DNA of 64,000 nt from Octopus vulgaris (taxonomy: Eukaryota): contig OX597834.1 of NCBI GenBank assembly GCA_951406725.2, forward strand, positions 12,772,001-12,836,000, read 5' to 3'. The position numbers and the translations under genes are program-made. The number at the start of each line of letters is the position of its first letter. Positions within the stretch are counted from its first letter, which is position 1. The notes beneath the pieces were generated by a model. That model was given only the letters and a program-made list of their open reading frames with translations. It did not search any database and was not told the DNA's origin. This document shows, one piece after another, positions 53,550 through 64,000 of this stretch.

Positions 53550-54840
53550 TGTTTCTCATCTTGATATCGGTTCATTCAGAATCTTTTATGGCAGGGGACC
53601 AAGTTGGTTATTGAAAACATCTACTCTAGACGTGATAGCATGGATTTTGCGAACTGTACATTGACGTTCAGTTTGAGTATAGTTTCAGTACCAAAGTGTT
53701 GTGCCAGCCCCTCCAGGATCTTCCGTACGCATATCACTGCATATCTCTCTCGTCTTCGCATCAACGAGTAGAATATTCCTGGTGTTTCACCGCTGAAATG
53801 CCACAAGTTAATCTATTGGTAATGTAGGATGACCGGAATCGAGAACAGTAGACGACATGGCTAACCAAAAATGTCCTCCATATAACCAGCATAATTTCCC
53901 TGACCATTCTGAAGGTTCTCAGGATCCATCAGCCTATCCGCCTGCAAATTATCGACATCTTGGTCATATCAATGTAAAAGAAGACATCGTTGCTCATATT
54001 AATCGCCAGATCATTCACTATATCTGACTCTGGGATTGTCGTTCCTTTTGGCCCTTAGTTTGGTTCTTGTGGATTGTAAGCTCAAATTAGCTGGCAGATG
54101 GTTTGAAATATACCTGCATTAAATTATATCTTATTTTCTTAATACCATTTACATATGGCATCAATGTCTTTCTGCAGATGTTTAGCATCAGAGGGTTCCT
54201 TGACTACTTGTACTGCTTTAGTTTCGTCGGCATAGCTAGAAAGAGTATCCGACTGTAATTGATGGCATGTCTAAAATGGCAACCAAGAAGAGTAGCGGTC
54301 CTAAAACAGTTCCCTGGCGCATTCCGCTCTCTATTACTTTCTCTTTGGAGAGGGCTCTATTAGCTGCTACAGCCTGGATTATATCTTCTCACTACTTCCC
54401 CTGTTCTATGGCTATACTGAGTCTCCGTAGCTTCTGAAATATCATTCTATGATTGACCTTATCAAAAGCCTTTGAAATTAAATCAAGATATATCACATTC
54501 AGGTTTGAGAGATTCATTAGTTGTTTCAACATTCAGTTATCATGCTGAGCAGAAACCAAGCTGAGTGCCAAGGAGTAAGTCATTATCTTCGAAGCAGGTG
54601 ATGACGTTCCTCCAAACATAGGAGGTTCGAGATACAGGTCTAATAATTTTTAGCATCTGCTCTGTTGCCCTTTATGTAGATAGAACATATTATGGCTTCC
54701 TTTAACTTTTTAGGAAGTTTCCCAATTGTGAGAGAAGTCAAGAAGAGAATCTGTAATGGTCTTGCTAGATCATCTTTGTATTTCTCTGAAGGATTGTTAG
54801 TAATCGATCAGGGCCTGTGGCTGAGCTTGAGCTCATGTCA
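53550..54840 (-). mobile_element. Decayed CR1/L2-group LINE reverse transcriptase region
   Basis: Minus-strand motifs with stops and frameshifts: KGNRADAKNY, NVIYLD..SKAFDKVNH, SGMRQGTVLGPLLFLVAI, SSYADETK, YSLMRRRERYAVI..KILEGL. Confidence 0.9.
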
Positions 54841-54965
54841 TATATGCACACAAACCCTGTATATATCTCATAATATATTAGGCACAAGCAATATCGAGAT
54901 ATTTATGGTAGTATGGTAGCCATAAACATGCGGGGGGGGGGGGGGTATCCGTATGTGTGAATGAC

Positions 54966-55532
54966 TGTATATATACATACATACATATACATACATATAT
55001 ATATATACATACATATACATACATATATATATATATACATACATATACATACATATATATATATACATACATATACATACATATATATATATACATATAT
55101 ACATACATATATATATATACATACATATACATACATATATATATATACATATACATACATATATATATATACATACATATACATACATATATATACATAC
55201 ATATACATACATATATATATATACATATACATACATATATATATACATATACATACATATACATATATATATACATACATACATACATATACATACATAT
55301 ATACATATACATACATATATACATACATATACATACATATATACATATACATACATATACATACATATATACATATACATACATATACATACATATATAC
55401 ATATATATACATATATATACATACATACACATATATATATACATACATACACATACATATATACATACATATACATACATATATATATATACATACACAT
55501 ACATACATACATATATATATATATACATACAC

Positions 55533-55563
<31 letters not shown>

Positions 55564-55570
55564 CATACAC

Positions 55571-55601
<31 letters not shown>

Positions 55602-55682
55602 CATATACATACATATATATACATATACATATATATATATACATACACATACATACATACATATATATATATATACATACAC

Positions 55683-55713
<31 letters not shown>

Positions 55714-55720
55714 CATACAC

Positions 55721-55751
<31 letters not shown>

Positions 55752-55814
55752 CATACACATACATACATATATATATATACATACACATACATACATACAT
55801 ATATATATATATAC

Positions 55815-55845
<31 letters not shown>

Positions 55846-57987
55846 CATACACACATATATATATATATATATACATACACATACATATATATATATATAT
55901 ACATACACATACATACATATATATATATATATACATACACATACATATATATACATACACATACATATATATACATACACATACACATACACATACATAT
56001 ATATACATACACATACACATACATATATATATATATATATATACATACACATACACATATATATATATACATACACATACACATATATATATACATACAC
56101 ATACATATATATATACATACACATACATATATATATATATACATACACATACATATATATATATATACATACACGTACATATATATATATATACATACAC
56201 ATACATATATATATATATACATACACATACATATATATATACACATACACATACATATATATATATATACATACACATACATATATATACATACACATAC
56301 ATATATATATATATACACATACACATACATATATATACATACACATACACATACATACACATACATACATACACATACATATATATATATATATACATAC
56401 ATATATATATATATATATATACATACACATACATATATATATATATACATACACATACATATATATATATACATACACATACATATATATATATACATAC
56501 ACATACATATATATATATATACACATACATATATATATATATATACATACACATACATACATATATATATACATACACATACATACATATATATATACAT
56601 ACACATACATACATATATATATACATACACATACATACATACATATACATACACATACATACATATATATATATACATACACATACATACATATATATAT
56701 ACATACACATACATACATATATATATACATACACATACATACATATATATATATACATACACATACATACATATATATATATACATACACATACATACAT
56801 ATATATATATACATACATACATATATATATATACATACACATACATACATATATATATATACATACACATACATACATATTAATAAAAACATACACATAC
56901 ATACATATATATATATACATACACATACATACATATATATATATACATACACATTCATACATATATATATATACATACACATACATAGATATATATATAC
57001 ATACACATACATAGATATATATATACATACACATACATACATATATATATATACATACACATATATATATACATACACATACATACATATATATATATAC
57101 ATACACATACATACATATATATATATACATACATACATATATATATATATACACATACATACATATATATATATACATACACATACATACATATATATAT
57201 ATACATACACATACATACATATATATATATACATACACATACATACATATATATATATACATACACATACATACATATATATATATACATACACATACAT
57301 ACATATATATATATATACATACACATACATACATATATATATATACATACACATACATACATATATATATACATACACATACATACATATATATATACAT
57401 ACACATACATACATATATATATATACATACACATACATACATATATATATATACATACACATACATACATATATATATATATACATACACATACATACAT
57501 ATATATATATATACATACACATACATACATATATATATATACATACACATACATACATATATATATATACATACATACACATACATACATATATATATAT
57601 ACATACATACACATACATACATATATATATATACATACATACACATACATACATATATATATATACATACACATACATACATATATATATATACATACAC
57701 ATACGTACATATATATATATACATACACATACATACATATATATATATACATACACATACATACATATATATATATACATACACATACATACATATATAT
57801 ATATACATACACATACATACATATATATATACATACACATACATACATATATATATATATACATACACATACATACATATATATATATACATACACATAC
57901 ATACATATATATATATACATACACATACATACATATATATATATATATACATACACACACATATATATATATATACATACACATACA

Positions 57988-58018
<31 letters not shown>

Positions 58019-59423
58019 ACATACATATACATATACATACATATACATACATATATATATATACATATACATACATATACATACATATATATATACATAC
58101 ATATACATATACATACATATATATATACATACATATACATACATATATATATATACATATACATACATATACATACATATACATATATATATACATACAT
58201 ACATATACATACATATATATATACATACATATATATACATATATACATACATATATATACATATATACATACATATACATATACATACATACATATACAT
58301 ACAAATATATATATATATGCATACATATACATACATATACATACATACATATACATACAAACATATATATATATGCATACATATACATACAAACATATAT
58401 ATATATATACATACATATACATACAAACATATATATATATATATACATACATATACATACATACATATACATATTCATACATACATATACATACAAACAT
58501 ATATATATATATATATACATACATATACATACAAACATATATATATATATATACATACATATACATACAAACATATATATATATATATACATACATATAC
58601 ATACAAACATATACATATATATATACATACATATACATACAAACATATACATATATATATACATACATATACATACAAACATATACATATATATATACAT
58701 ACATATACATACAAACATATATATATATATATACATACATATACATACAAACATATATATATATATATACATACATATACATACAAACATATATATATAT
58801 ATATATACATACATATACATACAAACATATACATATATATACATACATATACATACAAACATATATATATACATACACACATATACATACAAACATATAT
58901 ATATATATACATACATATACATACAAACATATATATATATATATATATACATATACATACAAACATATATATATATATACATACATATACATACAAACAT
59001 ATATATATATATATATATACATACATACAAACATATATATATATACATACATATACATACAAACATATATATATATATATATATACATATACATACAAAC
59101 ATATATATATATATACATACATATACATACAAACATATATATATATATACATACATATACATACAAACATATATATATATATATATATACATACATATAC
59201 ATACAAACATATATATATATATATATACATATACATACAAACATATATATATAAAGATATATATATATACATACATACAAACATATATATATATATATAC
59301 ATACATACAAACATATATATATATATATATACATACATATAAACATATATATATATATATATATACATACATATACATACAAACATATATATATATATAT
59401 ATATATACATACATATACATACA

Positions 59424-59459
<36 letters not shown>

Positions 59460-59464
59460 CAAAC

Positions 59465-59495
<31 letters not shown>

Positions 59496-59680
59496 CATAC
59501 AAACATATATATATATATATATAGATACATATACATACAAACATATATATATATATATACATACATATACATACAAACATATATATATATATATATATAT
59601 ATACATACATATACATACAAACATATATATATATATATATACATACATATACATACAAACATATATATATATACATACAT

Positions 59681-59719
<39 letters not shown>

Positions 59720-60504
59720 CATATACATACAAACATATATATATATACATACATATATATACATATATACATACATATACATATACATACATACATATAA
59801 ATACAAATATATATATATATGCATACATATACATACATATACATACATACATATACATACAAACATATATATATATGCATACATATACATACAAACATAT
59901 ATATATATACATACATATACATACAAACATATATATATATATATACATACATATACATACATACATATACATATTCATACATACATATACATACAAACAT
60001 ATATATATATATATATACATACATATACATACAAACATATATATATATATATACATACATATACATACAAACATATATATATATATATATACATACATAT
60101 ACATACAAACATATACATATATATATACATACATATACATACAAACATATACATATATATATACATACATATACATACAAACATATACATATATATATAC
60201 ATACATATATATACAAACATATATATATATATATACATACATATACATACAAACATATATATATATATATACATACATATACATACAAACATATATATAT
60301 ATATATACATACATATACATACAAACATATATATATATATATACATACATATACATACAAACATATATATATATATACATACATATACATACAAACATAT
60401 ATATATATATACATACATATACATACAAACATATATATATATATATATATATACATATACATACAAACATATATATATATATATACATACATATACATAC
60501 AAAC

Positions 60505-60535
<31 letters not shown>

Positions 60536-60916
60536 CATACAAACATATATATATATATACATACATATACATACAAACATATATATATATATACATACAT
60601 ATACATACAAACATATATATATATATATATATATACATACATATACATACAAACATATATATATATATATATATATACATATACATACAAACATATATAT
60701 ATAAAGATATATATATATACATACATACAAACATATATATATATATATACATACATATAAACATATATATATATATATATACATACATATACATACAAAC
60801 ATATATATATATATATATATACATACATATACATACAAACATATATATATATATATATACATACATATACATACAAACATATATATATATATATATATAT
60901 ACATATACATACAAAC

Positions 60917-60947
<31 letters not shown>

Positions 60948-61026
60948 CATACAACATATATATATATATATATATAGATACATATACATACAAACATATA
61001 TATATATATACATACATATACATACA

Positions 61027-61062
<36 letters not shown>

Positions 61063-61185
61063 CATATACATACAAACATATATATATATATATATATATA
61101 TACATACATATACATACAAACATATATATATATACATACATATACATACAAACATATATATATATACATACATATACATACAAAC

Positions 61186-61216
<31 letters not shown>

Positions 61217-61250
61217 CATACATATATATATATACATACATATACATACA

Positions 61251-61288
<38 letters not shown>

Positions 61289-61300
61289 CATATACATACA

Positions 61301-61333
<33 letters not shown>
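54966..61333. repeat. 6.4-kb compound TA/CA microsatellite-satellite
   Basis: Successive domains based on ACATACATATAC(AT)n, ACATACACATACATAC(AT)n and ACATACATATACATACAAAC(AT)n; source of the spurious 1000-2000-aa ORFs. Confidence 0.98.
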
Positions 61334-61335
<2 letters not shown>

Positions 61336-61858
61336 TTATATGTGTAGTTGTGCCCGATGGGAATTATTGAAATATATTTCAAATGGGAATGATTTATGTA
61401 ATTTGAAAGAAAAGAACATTCCTTCTTCTTCTTCTTATGCTACATAGCATTCAATATTTAAAACACTTCGCGATACTGACTAGCTCACGTAAATATATAT
61501 ATGGCGTGATTTCATGACACCAGTTTGGCTTCTCATTCATATATCTAACTGTAGGAGAACACCTGAGATGTCAGGTTAAAATGCGAAGTACATGAAAGCC
61601 GCAATAATGCCGGAGCTTATGAAGAAAATAAGATCATTGTAAAGTAATGTAAAAAAAAGAGGATGATCGAGATCAGGTGATATACTAAGCTCAAACATGT
61701 TTGCTTTCCTTTGGATATCAGTTATGCAGCCTGTAAGTAAATACGAAAGATAAAATGATTTGTTTTTCTCAAGATATACGGGCGATAATGCAATGTGTGA
61801 GTTTGTTTGCATTGCATGACGTCAGGAAATCCTGTTCAATACTAAATCATACTACTGT

Positions 61859-62101
61859 TACTCTCTTTATTCTCTTTTTACTCTTTTTCTTGTTTCAGTC
61901 ATTTGACGGCGGCCATGCTGGAGCACCGCCTTTTTAATCGAGCAACTCGACCCCCGAGACTTATTCTTTTGTAAGCCCAGTACTTATTCTATCGGTCTCT
62001 TTTTGCCGAACCGTTAAGTAACGGGGACGTAAACACACCAGCATCGGTTGTCAAGCAATGCTAGCGGCACAAACACAGACACACAAACACACATATATAT
62101 A

Positions 62102-62139
<38 letters not shown>

Positions 62140-62311
62140 CATATATACGACGGGCTTCTTTCAGTTTCCGTCTACCAAATCCACTCACAAGGCTTTGTTC
62201 TGTCCGAAGCTATAGTAGAAGACACATGCCCAATGTGGAACGCAGTGGGACTGAACCCGGAACCATGTGGTTGGTAAACAAGATACTTACCACACAGCCA
62301 CTCCTGCGCCT
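61859..62311 (-). mobile_element. SINE family A, full length
   Basis: Near identical to 16159-16578. Confidence 0.92.
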
Positions 62312-63386
62312 ATTATTGTAGTCTCTTTATATATGAAAGCCAAACATGTGTAGTTTTATATGACAGTCATCTTAGAAAATTGTAATCCAACTTTTCGATT
62401 TCCTAATCTCATGTTTTGAGTTGTGATGATTTACAACGTACAAAAATGACCAATCGCCAGTAAACATGGAAAGCAATAAATTTTATTTATTTAATTAAGT
62501 TTGGCTTAAATGTAAACGCAAGGAATAAACAAACTATGTCTAATAGACAAACTGTTTGGCAGCAATATTTGTTGAGCTTGGCTATCTCAGGAAAAATCTC
62601 TGGGAAATATACATTTTATGCAAATCCGTAGTTATAATTACAAATCCGTCATTCAAATTCGGAACGTGTTATTAAAATCGGAAATTAGAAAATTCATTTA
62701 TAATGAATCTGAAAAATTTAAGTAAGTATCTTGAATATCTTAGTACATGTATGTTAAACTGTTAATAATACTGCTATCAGTTTTCAATCAATTGTACAGC
62801 TCTCATCTATAAATATGGATATGGATGTTAGTATTGAATTAAAATACATTCATATTTGAACGATGAGAAGAATACTGATGACTGATATAAGATATGATGC
62901 ATAATAAATATGAATATTTGAGGAGATCTTCACTACAGAGAGGCATTAGAAAAATCTTTGTATATAAATTAAGATGTAATTCATGAAAAGCTTTGGACTG
63001 TCAGTTTAGAAATATGAATTCTGGAATAAAATTATGAAAGTAAATGATGGTCGCTTGTGGGGCTATGCACGTTAAGCACCGTTGCGCCGTGCACCATTTG
63101 GCGATATATTCCCGAACCTACTATGACAACTCGAGCCCCAGTCATTCCAAGTATTTACGAGTTACTTCTTGTTATGCCGTCGACAGGGGACATGTGGTTT
63201 ACCAGAAAGAACCATCAGCCCCACCGGAACCTTAGTGATGATAAGCATGGTTTAACAAGAAAAATCGAAATATACAGCTAAGGATGGTTAACAAATTTCT
63301 TTTGTGCTTCTAATTTAACGAGTAATACACACACAAACACACGCACGTACATATATATATATAATTATATGTGACTGCTATGGTGT

Positions 63387-63454
63387 GGTCACTGATGAGA
63401 ATTTCGCCTAGCAAATTATTTTATTTGCTAAAAATTAGAAATCGAGGTATGACC
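63387..63454 (+). ncRNA. Type-I hammerhead ribozyme candidate with extended stem II
   Basis: GGTCA-CTGATGA-gAATTT-cgcc-TAGCAAAT-tatttt-ATTTGCTA-a-AAATTa-GAAA-tcgagg-TA-TGACC: 5-bp stem I, intact core, GUA triplet; the first stem II pair is mismatched. Confidence 0.6.
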
Positions 63455-64000
63455 GTAAAATAATACGGTAAAAGTTTTATTTATCATTTCCTTCGAAATT
63501 ACTCTTAAATGTGGTTTCGGTCGCTTTCACTGCTTCTTCTAGTTTGTAAAGTTGCCTGTTGAAAGCAGTTTCTGTTGTTTTTAAATGTACACTCTCTCTC
63601 TATATATATATATCTATATCTATATCTATATATATCATGATGAGCATATATATCATGATACGCATATATTCAAATGCAATCATACACACAATCACACACT
63701 TGCAGTCACACACACACATGCATTCACTCTCGGAAACACACGTATAAATGTTTGAAGATGCATATATATAGAACCATGCATGCATTTATACATAATTAAA
63801 TAGAGTCGGCTCCAATGTCGGGTTCCTTATATCATCTGTTGAAGTGCTTTGCAGCGAAACATCGTCTTTATTAATTATTTACTGTTGATAATATCGCTTT
63901 CGAGTCACTGACCCGGGAAATATCATTGCGTTCCTGTTGCAATCCCGTATTTATAGCAATGAGGATATCATCTATTCTTAAACCTGAAGCACATGCGGGT

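Noticed and set aside
54868-61382. ORFs of 300-2145 aa (YIYICM-rich)
   Set aside because: Translations of a TA/CA microsatellite that lacks stop codons in several frames on both strands; no protein-like content.
63834-63870. Hammerhead-like CTGTTGA...GAAAC..GTC
   Set aside because: Core mismatch and no stem I pairing.

Overview
Very AT-rich, microsatellite-saturated, non-coding eukaryotic DNA (intergenic or intronic). The SINE families and the (TA)n/(CA)n load suggest a coleoid cephalopod such as Octopus; this is an inference. I find no credible host protein-coding exon: all long ORFs in the track are translations of simple repeats. The recognisable content is almost all transposable: four tRNA-derived SINE families (about 25 copies or fragments), decayed mariner/Tc1 transposons, several MITEs (TA and 8-bp TSD types), RTE and CR1/L2-type LINE remnants, a non-autonomous Helitron, and a 6.4-kb compound microsatellite. 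The most interesting signal is a set of short unrelated islands embedded in (TA)n tracts. They carry minimal type-I hammerhead ribozyme folds (best at 18871-18917, 32513-32562 and 63387-63454), and some form fold-back palindromes that turn at or next to the ribozyme, consistent with Penelope-like or retrozyme-like termini. Other notable items are a 250-bp inverted duplication bracketing 1.8 kb, a 5x106-bp array inside a SINE, and module swapping among SINE families.
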